Shown in pieces: positions 26,877-39,679 of a DNA stretch of 64,000 bases. How positions within the stretch are numbered: position 1 is the first letter of the stretch; each line of letters opens with the position of its first letter. The DNA lies in the NCBI RefSeq assembly GCF_006345805.1, contig NC_042999.1:59582001-59646000 (forward strand). The letters are read 5' to 3'. The DNA is from Octopus sinensis. Lineage: Eukaryota. Under the pieces are notes generated by a model. That model did no database searches, was not told the origin of the DNA, and saw only the letters and a list, made by a program, of their open reading frames with translations. Position numbers and translations under genes: made by a program.

Positions 26877-27719
26877 TTGGGTAAATTTGGGAATTGTGAT
26901 TCCTTGTTTAAGACGTTGGCGTTTTGATTTGGAGGAAATTTGTCAGGAGTTTCTTGCAGGTCGAACAACCACATAGAGGCTCGTTGTAGATTCTATAAAC
27001 GATTATGTATTCTGCGTACATAGCCTGTTGAAGAGTGTATGCAATAAATACATTATCCGATTATGATGTACATCTCACTGAAGCATACATTCTATTTCGA
27101 GACGCTTTGATCAAGTACGTGCATAGACGTATATATATACTCAACTTATGTGTCTGTGTGTGTATCTGTGTGTGTGTCTGTGTGTTTAACTTCCCGGCAC
27201 ATCTCCTCCTAGCCAACAAATCGTAGAACCACCAAAAATGGGTCACTTAAAGTTTAGGCGAATGAAAATTGAACTGCGCTATTTCTGTTCCGAAATTCAT
27301 CTCGCAAGTGCAAAAATCGATAATGTGTTTGTTTAGGCCTTATCCCATGCGTAAATTGCATGAAAAATAAAAAATCAAGATATAAAATCGAATCGACGTA
27401 AACATTGTAGAAATTCGGCAAATAAATGAATTTTCGGGATGTAGCCTGGAGGGTTTTTTTGTTATAATCGCTTGGACTTTGTGAACACATACCAATTGTT
27501 TTCATAACATTTTTAACGCTTTGAATTAAATGTGACCATTTTGCGTTGAGTCTGCAGTTTGAATCACTTTAACCGAATTTTAGCAGGCCGGATTTTTGAT
27601 CATCACGATACATCGCCAGTGACTCCCTGAAACTCTCCCCTGAAATCCCCGTTGAGAAATACTGATCTAAAAGAGTAATACAACAATGCAATTATTTGAT
27701 CAACAAAAATTTATGAAAC

Positions 27720-27890
27720 GCTTCTAAGTACTTCTTATTGAGGAAATGGAACACATAAGCGCAAAAATAGAGGGCATTAAATGCTTGATTTTAAAACCAA
27801 AATAATTGAATTTTGATTGAACTTCATCCAAGTGTAGCTTAATTCGCGCGTGCATAGAACGCACGAGCGCACGAGCCGGTAATACTGCTA

Positions 27891-27891
<1 letters not shown>
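27720..27891 (+). mobile_element. Helitron-like 3' end
   Basis: Hairpin CGTGC-ATAGAAC-GCACG upstream of terminal CTAG followed by T. Confidence 0.45.
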
Positions 27892-27970
<79 letters not shown>

Positions 27971-28458
27971 AGAGAGAGAGAGAGGGAGAGATCTATGTAT
28001 ATGCATATTTGTACTATGTGTGCGTGTGTGTGTGTACGTATGTGTGTGTGAATATGCTTGTCCATAAGTGTATGCTTGTGCAAGTAAGCCTTACCCTTTT
28101 GTCATTGTTGGTATTTGCTCTCGGCGTAAGGAGTTGCATTACAAGCGGTATTTACTGCCTCTGTTTCAAGACGTGGAATGGCGAGTCAGATAATGTAACA
28201 TTGGGAAACAGCCAAAATAAATACATAAATGAAAGAAAAAAAAATACACAAAAAGCAAAAACATTTAAAAAAAAAAGATTCCTGTACATCGCAAAGAAAT
28301 GCTGATATCAATAACTTGTTCTTATCAAATTTAGCATTCCGGTGAGATTACAGTTGGGAAATATAGATGTATTACAGAGCATGAAATTGTTCATAGTTCC
28401 TGCTACGAAGCCTGATCCGGTGTTTTATAACAAGAGGCAAATAAATGATGATTGTAAT

Positions 28459-28493
<35 letters not shown>

Positions 28494-28598
28494 TGACACA
28501 ATTTTTTTTTTTTGGTTTTGTTTTGAGCCTTGTTTTGTTTTACGTTTTGTATTTTCTGTTGGGCTTTTGGTTGATTATTTTTGACCTATGCAAACTCG

Positions 28599-28817
<219 letters not shown>

Positions 28818-29507
28818 TATATCAACAGTTTTCTTCTGTTCTGCTTTGCAGTTTTTTTAGGCGGTTTATGGTTCTTCCAGCAACAAGAATTTTGTTATTA
28901 ACCAGCGGCATTCGAGAATTGATTTCGGCAATCAGTTCTAGACAAGACAACGGAGAAGTTAGCTTCCATGTGGTTCCTCGACTTCTTAGAAACAACAGCC
29001 AAATATTCTCCCACTCATAGGCTAAAGTAGTAAAGACAGAATAGCGAATTGATCATTGTAATTCTACATTGAATTTCATGAATTTCAATAAGTTTGAATG
29101 TCGCGAAGAACAGGTGGACCCTGACGATTTAGCACTGACTCTTTCTCTGGTTGAATATCAGGTTAATGTAATCCTAGTTATAAAGCAGTGAGAATGTCCT
29201 CCGGCTCTTTACATTGTCAGTTCAAATCCTACCGGGTTAAATTTGCCTTTATTTCTCTTTAGAGTCGATTAAATAATGTAATCAGTCAAGTACTGTAGTC
29301 GATGCGATCGGCTTCTTCTCTTCCCTTAAAATTTCTGATCTTAAAACCTGCGTCCTCTTCAGAGGAATGTTGGAATCTCGATCATTTATATGCCATGGAA
29401 ATGGAATAACTGGCCTTATATGATCTAAGACTCGAATATAATGAAAAGAATAAAAATCATAGTTAGAAAAGTAAAAACAAGTTGAGGACTATATATATAT
29501 ATATATT

Positions 29508-29592
29508 GGTAAAAACGTTAAGATAACAAAAGAAAGAAAGAGACCTCAATATTATGTAAATAGAGGAAATTTATCTATAATATATGTTACAT
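29508..29592 (-). mobile_element. Short 3' terminus of the same PLE family as the 56-58 kb palindrome, within (TA)n
   Basis: AAGATAACAAAAGAAAGAAAGAGACCTCAATATTATGTAAATAGAGGAAATTTATCTATA is identical to about 55963-56022. Confidence 0.8.
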
Positions 29593-29807
29593 ATATATAT
29601 ATATATATATATATACATACATAAATATATATATATATATTTTGACTATTTATTAAAATTTTATGTATTGATCAAGTCTTTCCTTGTTTGTTTTGCAAAA
29701 TAGTGGTTTTGTCTCTAATAATATTTTATAATATTTTACTATAAAATCGATTTAATCCTAAATCTGATTTTTTCCCTGTAAATTTGGATTTATTCCCTAA
29801 TATTTAT

Positions 29808-29850
<43 letters not shown>

Positions 29851-30301
29851 ATAGGATTAGCTCGTATACGAGTAGGTATATATTTGTAAAAAATGAAGTT
29901 CGAAAATGCTGCTGCATTATACAATTTTTAATTTTTATATATACATTATAACATGTTTCAGTTCTTGAAATGAACCTTATCAAAAAAAGTTATATATAAA
30001 AAAAGACAGCTCATGTCGTCAAACACAAGAAATTCACTTATAATACACAACGGAGTCAGACATCTTAGAGTTCATGTATAGTTGATATATAGTTTGAAGT
30101 ATATGTTCAAAGTGTCCGATGCAGTGGCCCGCGGTGGCGATACGTATTCAATACAAAAAACAGATCAAAGTGGTGGAAAGCGGTCAATACAGAAGATTGA
30201 TGTTTCCGAAAGAGCGAGGAATTCATTTTTACCTTAAGCAATTGTGATGACCCATGGTGGATGTTCGCTGGGTGGTTCTAGTGAGTTTTGTGAAGTGCTC
30301 G

Positions 30302-30676
30302 GTTTTATAATGCCTGTTAGGTGGTCAATCCAGCGTAGCGTGACGTCATCAACGTTTTGACCAATCGTTTCGTTAGGTGCCTTTAGTCAAGCAGAACGGG
30401 ACGTCATCATTATTTTGACCAATCGCTGCATTATAACTGCCTCTTGTTTGTTTCCTGTTTTGACCAGTCGCTTCGTTAGTCAAGCAGAACGGGACGTCAT
30501 CCAGATTCTGCCCAATCACGACTTATAGCTACATTAGATCTGCCCCCTGTCTGTACTTGTTAGGTGACTAGTCAAGCAGAAAAGGACGTCATCAATATTC
30601 TGACTAATGACTGTCCCCTGTTTGTATCCTGTCCATTCTAGCAGAGCTAGACGTCATCAACTTGTTGACCAATCAG
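30302..30676 (-). promoter_or_regulatory. pLTR promoter-like array: repeated CRE-like + CCAAT modules followed by a TATA box
   Basis: GACGTCATC-N6-(T/C)TGACCAAT-like units at about 30343, 30400, 30493, 30585 and 30650; TATAAAA on the minus strand at 30309-30303. Confidence 0.55.
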
Positions 30677-30866
30677 AATCGGGTCTGACCCTTAGCTGTA
30701 TCGTATGTATCAGGGTCAGATTTGCACGAAAGAATTTTTTTCCCTTTTTTACTAAGGCATATTTCCGTCAGAGCGAGTGTCTGTTTAAAGTAGCGGCCGT
30801 GGTGGAATTTTACTTCTCCTTTTCGGAGGACTTATCTTTTGTTTTAGTATTCCTGGCCCAGGGTGT

Positions 30867-32800
30867 TTAAACTTGGTCTAAATATTTTATGAAATATAGT
30901 TCTTTATTTTGGCGTTGTGTGAAGGTTGCGTTGTCACTGAATTTATAGAGCGGGTTAGTTGTAAATTTCGGATTTACATTTCCAGCACATCTATCTATGT
31001 GTCCGCTGACCGGTATTTTGCGGTAATCAGGGTTTCTAATTTGTGATTTATGCACCGCCATCCTGTTACGTAAGCTATTTTTTGTATGGCCTATATACTG
31101 CCTATTGCAGCCTGCGCATGTTATGACGTAAATTAAGTTTTCTGATGCGCAGGTGAAGTTTGTTCTAATGGTGAACTGGTGGCCTTGTTCCAGTATAAAT
31201 TCTAATCCTTCTTTCAAGATGACACAGATTCCGCAGTTGGGCCTTCCACATTTTCTAACTGCTGGTTTTGTGGTTGATGTTGAGTGCAGTGTAGCTTGGT
31301 TTAAAATCCTTTTCATGGATTTTGGTTGCCGTTTACTTTTAATGATGGTGTGTGTTTCGAGGATCCGGTTCATCTTTGGGTCTCCCTTTAGTAGGGCTGT
31401 GCTTTGTAGTATGGTGTTGAAGGCCTCATTGTTGAGTGGGTTGTGTGTAGAGATGTAGGGAAGGGTTTTTAATTGTTCTTTCTTTTTTGGTTTTGTTTGT
31501 CTCAGGTCTTCTATACTTAATTTAAGTACCCGTTGGATTGCACTGTCTATTAGGGGCTGTGGATAGTTTCTATTTGTGAGTGTGGTTCTAAGTTCCTGGA
31601 GACGTGTGTGTCGGGTGTTTGTGTCTGATATTATGGTGCAAATCCTTCTAGCTAAACAAAAAGGGACATTCATTCTAGTGTGTCGTGGGTGGCATGAATC
31701 AAAGGGTAGGTACTGTTTAGAGTCTGTCGGTTTATAGTAGATATCTGTCTCTATTTTGTTGCCGGTTTTCTTAATGAGGATGTCTAAAAATGGTAATTCT
31801 TTTTCGTTGTGGTCCATCGTGAATTGTATATTGTCATTTATTCCATTTAATAGTATTTTAAATTCCTCAAGTTTCTCTATACCTTTGTCCCAGATGATGA
31901 AACAGTCATCGAGGTATCTTTTCCAGTTGTTATGGATATAGGTGGCGAAGGTGTTTCCATATTTCTCGAGTGTCATCCGGTATAGTATTTTCTCGAGGTA
32001 TCCCATCACTAGGTTGGCAAAAGATGGTGCAGTACGCGTGCCCATCGCTGTTCCCGATCTTGCCTGTAGAAATCATTGTCAAAAATAAAATAATTGTTCT
32101 CTAAAATGAATCTAAGTCCTTCTATTATAAGGTCTTTGTTTATGCGAGTTGGGAGTTCAAAGGGGTAGTTATTCAGCCAGAAGGTGATCGTTTCTATTCC
32201 TAGGTTGTGAGGGATGTTAGAATAAAGATTAACTACGTCGAATGATACTAGAAGGGTTTTCTCATTGACTCTTTTAGGGAGGTGGTTGAGCATATCTATA
32301 TCGTCTCTTACGTAGCTTTTGATGTGTTTTAGGAAAGGTTTAAGAAGTGTGTCTAAGAAATTGCTGAGGCGGTGAGTTTCACATGCTGGCCCTGCTATTA
32401 TCGGTCTTAGTTTAAGATCATTTGGTGAAGGGATTTTGATGAGTGTGTCGGTGGATGTTTTGCACGTTTCTCTAATGGTTTGGCTTTTGTGTACCTTAGG
32501 GATACCATAGAACAAACTCGATTTGCATTTGAAGTTAGTGATGTATTCATACTCCTTGTTCGTGAGTCCTTCTTGGTATGTGTTGATTAATGTCCTAAGG
32601 TTATGCATTATTTTTTGCTGGTTATACTGTTGGGCCCTTTCATAATACGTTTCATCTCTTAATAGGGATAGCACTAAATTTTTATAATCGTTTGTATTCA
32701 TTATTACTATCGCGTTGCCCTTATCTGCCTCCTTAATTGTTATTGTTTTGTCTTCTCTTAGTTTGATGAGGTCATTCCATTCTCTTTTGTTGAAGTTAGG
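30867..32800 (-). pseudogene. PLE reverse transcriptase-GIY-YIG endonuclease polyprotein, one frameshift near 32050
   Basis: ORFs 32009-32701 and 30867-32045 join at the Q..G.AMG motif; the frame is open upstream to the DKG motif. Confidence 0.9.
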
Positions 32801-33139
32801 GCTGTGTTTTTGTTTCTTGATGAATTGAAACGGGAAATTAGTTATGTAGTCACAATAGCTTCATAAAGATATTTACACTTTCTAGGATGGTTGGAAAACA
32901 TATATGTGATTTGGCTGATGAATACTTGACATTATATTTGCTTCGTCTTCCTCCTTATTCTGTAAACGACCCCTGCGATGAAACTGGTACCCATGTGTAT
33001 CGGCATTAAGGAGCCATCCTTTTTTCTTGGCCAACATTCCTGGCGGCCATGGCAAAACGCGGCAAATGCATAGTCAATACAGACCGACGGAGACCCTTCA
33101 TGAAGCGTGTTTGGAAAAAATACACCGAAAAGTACACTG

Positions 33140-33480
33140 CAATTTTGGAATGAATAGTTTGTGTGAGGTCTTCTGTGTGGGTTCTCCAGAGGAAGAGAGT
33201 ACGATTGATGAACCGATAGACACAGGATGCCACACAGGTGATAGAAGACATGGAAAGTGTATATGAAATGAGGATTGTAGCGTGTTGGTGAGTCCTCTTT
33301 ATTCATCAACCTAATGGCATTCGTTTGGATATGATCCAAAAATGGTGTATGCTTTCCAAGAACGGCATACTATATATAGGAATAATAGCTCCAAAGTATG
33401 CCTCACCTGCCCCTTGAAGTGTAATTTTCCAACGTTGTTTTCTTTAACTCATCAAATATCGACAGATGTTGTGGGTCCTA
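33140..33480 (-). mobile_element. Decayed CR1/L2-like LINE fragment
   Basis: QVRHTLE..., LDHIQTNAIRLM and FYHL resemble the post-RT region of CR1-group LINEs. Confidence 0.45.
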
Positions 33481-33654
33481 TCCTTTGTCATGATTTTGAA
33501 AATTAAAGTGTAATATATCTATCTATCCATCATACTCTAGTATATACCAGCACGTGCACCGCATATATTTTGTATTAAAATGGGGACAAAAAGCATACAA
33601 TTGGCTTTACTTCGAAAAGATACGAATTTGGTGCTAACGATGTTATAGAATTGA

Positions 33655-33952
33655 GACCCCCTTCGGTCACGACTGACCGTGGGATTGCACCTAGAAAGGC
33701 ACAAGTCTGGGCAAGGTTGTTTAGGGAAGACCAGCAGCCGCCCGTGTATACCGGCCTCCCTTCTCCACGTCACCAGTGTTATCCAAGGGAAAGGAAAAAA
33801 ACCGATACAGCTTGGCACCTGTGGCGTCGCAACTCATTTCTACAGCTGAGTGTCTTGCTCAAGAACACAACACGCAGCCCGCTCCGGGATTCGAACTCAC
33901 AACCTCACGATCGTAAGCTCGATGCTCTAACCCTTGAGTCATGCGCCTTCAC
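33655..33952 (-). mobile_element. tRNA-derived CORE-like SINE (family C)
   Basis: GAAGGCGCATGACTCAAGGGTTAGAGC..GAGTTCGAATCCCGG..TTGTGTTCTTGAGCAAGACACT. Confidence 0.8.
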
Positions 33953-35509
33953 GCTTGTGAATAGAATATGCGCCCGTCATAGAATAGAGTTGGTTAAATA
34001 CATGAATATTCTATTTGTTCCGTCTTCCATATTTTACTCTCCAACAACACCTCCCATTTATAAGCAATAAGCAAAGAAAAATTATTGGTTTGAATTCAAA
34101 GCTAGTATTTTTCCCTTTAAGTCTGATACCAGGCACATTTTTCTACCAATTCTTTCCGATGCTTTAAATGTTGTGAAATTAGCTGTGTATGCTGTCTCGA
34201 CAAATCTCACAAAGATATCATTCATTGGTAATGTTTCCTTTATTGGTACCAGTTCCCTAATATTTATTTCTTTATCGCCCACTGGGGGCTAAACACAGAG
34301 GAGACAAACAAGGACAGACAAAGGGATTAAGTCGATTACATCGACCCAAGTATGTAACTGGTACTTATTTAATCGACCCCGAAAGGATGAACCAGTTCCC
34401 TAATATTTTCATACACACCATGTGAATAAACTACAACCTCTTCTACAATTACATCCTTACTTTCATCAATTGTTGCGGAAAATATATTAAACGACTTCGC
34501 TTTACTTTGGGTCTGACTATTAAGATGTTCTGATAATTCGTTATTTCTTTCTACGACTGTATTTCATAAGAATTTTATGTTTGTAAAGCCGTGGTAGTTT
34601 TCAGACAAATATTTTCAGTCACTACCAAATATACACTTTTTATAAGATTCTTTCCTGAAATAGTTTCAGTGAAACAACTTTTACATAGGTAATCTTATAA
34701 CTTACCTTACCTATAACATCTCTGACATCATGAACATATTAAATACTTATTACAAGATTTTAAATGACTTCAACTTTTTAAGTTTGTCTTCGCGTAGCTT
34801 TCCTCCATATTCACTATATTTCGAAGCATAAATACTTGTATAACATCTTTAGATATTATAATCTCTCACTACAGTTACATATTTGCACACTAATCAAATA
34901 TGTTGGCTTTCCATTTACTTCAACGAAAATCTTCTAGATATTTCACTTTTCCTGTAGAACATGGCGCACTTCATTAACTACTCTTCACTAAGAAAACACG
35001 AAGGTGTTAAAATTAAAATCAATTTACTTGGATATCTGGAACGTCTCACCTATTCGAGAGATAATACAAGCACTTTAGTTCTTCTATATAGCCTTCCTCT
35101 TGCACATTCGTATCTCTCTGTGTTTGTTTAAACATGGTCACGTATTACAACTAATCTCTACTGAGAACTACTAAGAAGTGGTAGCAATGTAGCATCACTC
35201 AAATTATTAGTTTTCTACGAATAATTTTTCTTCTGCATATTTACTTTTAGTACTTTTAAATTAGCCAACAGTTACAAAGGACGTGGAGTGATTATAAACA
35301 CGGAAAACTTCGAGATTTCCTCACAGTCTCATGATTGCTTCGGCTGGCGTGTTTTGAGGTGATTTACATTCATATTAACCTTGGCTAATGTTATGCGAAT
35401 AAAATTTTAAATATAGAAAAATCAATATTTCTCTTAGAATTAAAAACAAAATACATTGATTTTTTCTAGTTTGTTGTAAGGCCTTTCTAAAGCACAAATA
35501 ACAATAACT

Positions 35510-35887
35510 TACTAACAATAACTCTGAGCACCTTTTCAAACTCTCCTGGACATGTTTACAAAGTCAGAAAACAGCACAGCTCCCATGACTTTCGGAAACA
35601 TTTTTTCACGCTAAGAGTTGCTGAAGTATGGAACAAACTGCCGGCATCAGTTGTTAGTTGTCAGAGCACTGCATCCTTCAAAACTTCCATGCTTCCTGGG
35701 ATTCGCCAACACTACACCTGATTTTCTTCCCTCCATATACACGCAAGCGTGTATCTGACTCATACACTGTTCACTTCCCAGACATTTCTACATTAACGCA
35801 TATGCTTTATACGCACTTTTGACAAGTTGTGGTGCACCTGAACACTGTATACAATAATTTCGTTATTATTATTATTATTATTATTAT
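35510..35887 (+). mobile_element. CR1 LINE 3' end with (TTA)n tail
   Basis: YKVRKQHSSHDFRKHFFTLRVAEVWNKLPASVVSCQSTASFK, the typical CR1 C-terminal FF..RV...WN.LP motif. Confidence 0.85.
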
Positions 35888-36464
35888 AACCGAAACAACA
35901 ACTGCATCGAGAAGGGCCTGTAAGAAGATAACGGGCCACAACTATGAAACTACAGATCTAGAGACTCTCAGAAGGACGAAAGAAAAAAGCACATGAAATT
36001 CTAATTTTTTTTTCACTTATCTAAGTTGTCTAATTCCATCGGTATTGACATCAACTATTGAACTACGTCTGTTAACCATGAAATAGTCTCAACTTTATAT
36101 TAAACTCATTTCAACTCTATTAACGTTTTACATAATTCTATTATATGACATGAAACGGTAAATTTAATAAGAAGCAATTATTGATTTCAAGAATTTGCTG
36201 CACTGGCAGAAACAGCTGGAACACAGACTTCCAATAATGTGCTATTTCATGCTTGAAATGTTGAGAATAAATATTATATAATGTGATATGAAAACATTAT
36301 TCTTATTCTTGTTATTGGTTCTAAACATACTGAAGTTAATTTTACGTTTCAACCACCTCGGGGTACGATAAGATGAGTAATAGACAGATCAATGTGGGGA
36401 ATAATTTCATTTCCCAAAAAATGAAAACACATTTTCATTATTATCATTATTATTATTATCAGAA

Positions 36465-37130
36465 AGGCGGCGGACCGGCAGAATCGTTAGCATGTCGCAC
36501 AAAATGCTTAGCGGCATTTCGTCCGTTTTTACGTTCCGAGTTCGAAACGCACAGAGGTCGATTTTACCTTTCATCGTTTGGATGTCAATAAAATAAGTAC
36601 CAGTCAAGGACTAGGGTCAATGTGATTGACTTGCCCCCACTGCCACTAAATTTCAGGCTTTGTGGAAAAGATTATTATCATCATCAGAAAGGCGACGAGC
36701 CAGCAGAAGCGTAAGCACGCCGGGTCAAATGCTTAGTAGCATTTTTGCCCGTTTTACGTTCTGAGTTCAAATTTCGTTGAGGTCGACGCTAACTTTCATC
36801 CTTTCAGAGGTCAATAAAATAAGTACCAGTTAAATATTTAGGTTGATGTAATCGACTTACCTCCTCCCCTGAAGTGGCTGACCCTGTGCCAAAATTTGAA
36901 AGTGTTATTATCATTATCAGACTTGCAACTAAGGTGCCGCGCTGGCAGTGTCATGACCGCGCAGGACATAATGTTTAGTGACTTAAATTTTTTACGCTTT
37001 TCGTTCAAACAGCGCTGCGGTCAACTACGGTTTACACATTTTTGGAGTTGATAAAATAAAGTACCAGTCAAGCACTGAGTGTTAATGCAATCATCTGGCT
37101 CTCTTCCATCAAACTTTGTACCAAAATTAG
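36465..37130 (+). mobile_element. Three tandem SINE family B copies
   Basis: Heads at about 36465, 36690 and 36932, separated by TTATTATCATCAG linkers. Confidence 0.8.
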
Positions 37131-37631
37131 AAAGAATTTCATGCCTTGCTGCTGAGAGGAAAATTTTTTAAACAAGATTTGCAGAGCATCATATAAAATT
37201 GAAATAATTGCCGAGGGGCGAACACTCTGAAAATCTCTGGCTGGCCATAAAATCACTGCTGCAGGAACGAGATGGGAGTATACCCGTTCCATTACCAAAG
37301 CCACGGAGAAAGCTACTAGATTGTGTTAGAGAAAGAGCAGTGACGCATAGTTTGTTGCTACTGAGATGCAAACCCTGGACTTTCATTAAAGTTGGTTAGG
37401 TCAAGTGGAGAAAGGGCTCTGATGATCAAATTCCGGAAAACCTTTAAACATAAGGAACATTCCTGATGATGCACACTACTAATTCCAAGAAAGGTATTTT
37501 CAAACCAAATCTTCTATTATTGTAACGCCGATAAATAAAGTACTAGTTAAGTACTAGGGTTGATATAATCGACTGTACTCCTTGCGCCAAAATTTATGGT
37601 CTTCCTCCTAAATTTTAAATTTATATATTTT

Positions 37632-38442
37632 TTCTACTCTAGGTACAAGGCCCGAAATTTTGGGGGAGGTGGCAATCGATTAGATCAACCCCAGTACTCA
37701 AATGGTAATTAATTTATCGATCCCAAAATGATGAAAGGCAAAGTCGACCTCGGCGGAATATAAATTCAGAACGTAAAGATAGACGGAATACCGCTAAGCA
37801 TTTCGCCCGGCGTGCTAACGTTTCTTATTTCTTTATTGCCCACAAGGGTCTAAACATAGAGGGGACAAACAAGGACAAAAGGATTAAGTTGATTACATAG
37901 ACTTCAGTGCATAACTAGTACTTAATTTATCGACCACGAAAGGATAAAAGGCAAAGTCGACCTCGGCGGAATTTGAACTCAGAATGTAACAGCAGACGAA
38001 ATACCTATTTCTTTACTACCCACAAGGGGCTAAACACAGAGAGGGCAAACAAGGACAGACAAACGGATTAAGTCGCTTATATCGACTCCAGTGCGTAACT
38101 GGTACTTCTTTAATCGACCCCGAAAGGGATGAAAGGCAAAGTCGACCTCGGCGGAATTTGAACCCAGAACGTAGCGACAGACGAAATACCGCTGAGTATT
38201 TCGCCCGGCGTGCTAACGTTTCTTATTTCTTTACTGCTCACAAGGGCCTACAAACAGAGGGGACAAACGGATTAAGTCGATTATATCAACTTCAGTGCGT
38301 AACTGGTACTTATTTAAACGACCCCGAAAGGGATGAAAGGCAAAGTCTACCTCGGCTGAATTTGAACTCAGAACGTAACGTCAGACGAAATACGGCTACG
38401 CATTTCGCCCGGCGTGCTAACGATTCTGCCAGCTCGCCGCCT
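37632..38442 (-). mobile_element. Multimeric SINE family B (four ~185-bp units)
   Basis: AAAGGCAAAGTCGACCTCGGCGGAAT at about 37735, 37948, 38132 and 38336; a single complete head at the 38442 end. Confidence 0.9.
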
Positions 38443-39115
38443 TCTGGAATTTATATATTAATACACGTATTCCTACATTTATAAAATGTGCGCGACGCTA
38501 AGGGAAGTAACTCAAATAGTAAGTGGTAATTGATAGTTATGGTAGTGGTGTTGGCGAAGACATCAGCGTCGATTACTATAGTAATTGTAGTGTGGGAGAC
38601 GGCGGCGATGACGTTAGTATTGATAATGGTCAGTGAAGAAAGTTTGAGAGATAGAGTGGGGCAGGGAGTAGAACAGGATTTTAAGAAAAAAATCACCCCA
38701 TCTCTATTTCTGTCTTTCTGCATTCACCATTATAAATAACAACATCAGTGAAGTGGTCACCACCGATGACAACGTTGTCGCTATTACCATAAAACATTTT
38801 AACCCGTAATGCATTAAAAAAGATATGCATTAAATGTAGTGTTATACAGAGTCAAAAATACATATCATGAATATTTCAGCTCAAGCTTACTTCAATTCGG
38901 TATATTCCATAGCCACAATATGTAATCTGTTCATCACACATAATGTATATACTTTATTGAAAAGCAAGTCACACTCGTTCCATTTTATGTTGTTTGTGAT
39001 TTTTAACACAGGACGTCGACATGAGATGTTATCTCTTGGACAAATATCACAGCAACTTAAATTTCGATTCAATTTTACTGTGAGGTTATATTACAAAAGA
39101 GAAATAAAAAGCAAT

Positions 39116-39285
39116 AGGCGTAGGAGTGGCTGTGTGGTAAGTAGCTTGCCTACGAACTACATGGTTCCGAGTTCAGTCCCACTGCGTGGCACCTTGGGAT
39201 GTATCTATCCGGCTATAGATTCTTGTCCTGGGCCAACCAAAAGCCTTGTCAGTGGATTTGGTAGATGGGAACTGAAAGAAGCCTG

Positions 39286-39318
<33 letters not shown>

Positions 39319-39548
39319 GTGTGTGTGTGTGTGTGTGTATGTTCCTGTGTCTGTGTTTGTCCCCCCAACATCGCTTGACAACCGATGCTTGTGTGTTTAC
39401 ATTCCTGTAACTTAGCGGTTCGGCATAAGAGACCAATAGGATAAGTACTAGGCTTACAAAGAATAAGTCTTGGGGTCGGTGTGCTCGACTAAAGGTGGTG
39501 TTCCAGCATGGCCACGTTCTAGTGACTGACTGAAACAAGTAAAAGATA
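39116..39548 (+). mobile_element. SINE family A, full length
   Basis: Consensus head, body and tail. Confidence 0.9.
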
Positions 39549-39563
39549 AGAGCTCTATCTGTC

Positions 39564-39600
<37 letters not shown>

Positions 39601-39679
39601 TCAGATGAATTAGGTACTTAAGTTGAGACACTAGAATTTAGTACGGTAATATCTATAGTTTCAAAATAAGGTGATTAAA

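Larger units (their letters stand above)
29850..32870 (-). mobile_element. Penelope-like retroelement (Neptune-type), 5'-truncated, with 3' pLTR
   Basis: ADKG motif (~32720), FYGIPKVHK, LRPIIA, SFDVVNLYSNIP, MGTRTAPSFANL, RYLDD, LPFLDI, Cys-rich linker CGRPNCGIC, and GIY-YIG domain IYVITC..C..QYIGHT. Confidence 0.92.

Noticed and set aside
37632-38442. CRISPR-like regular repeats
   Set aside because: Units are ~185-bp SINE bodies without unique spacers; eukaryotic context and no cas genes.
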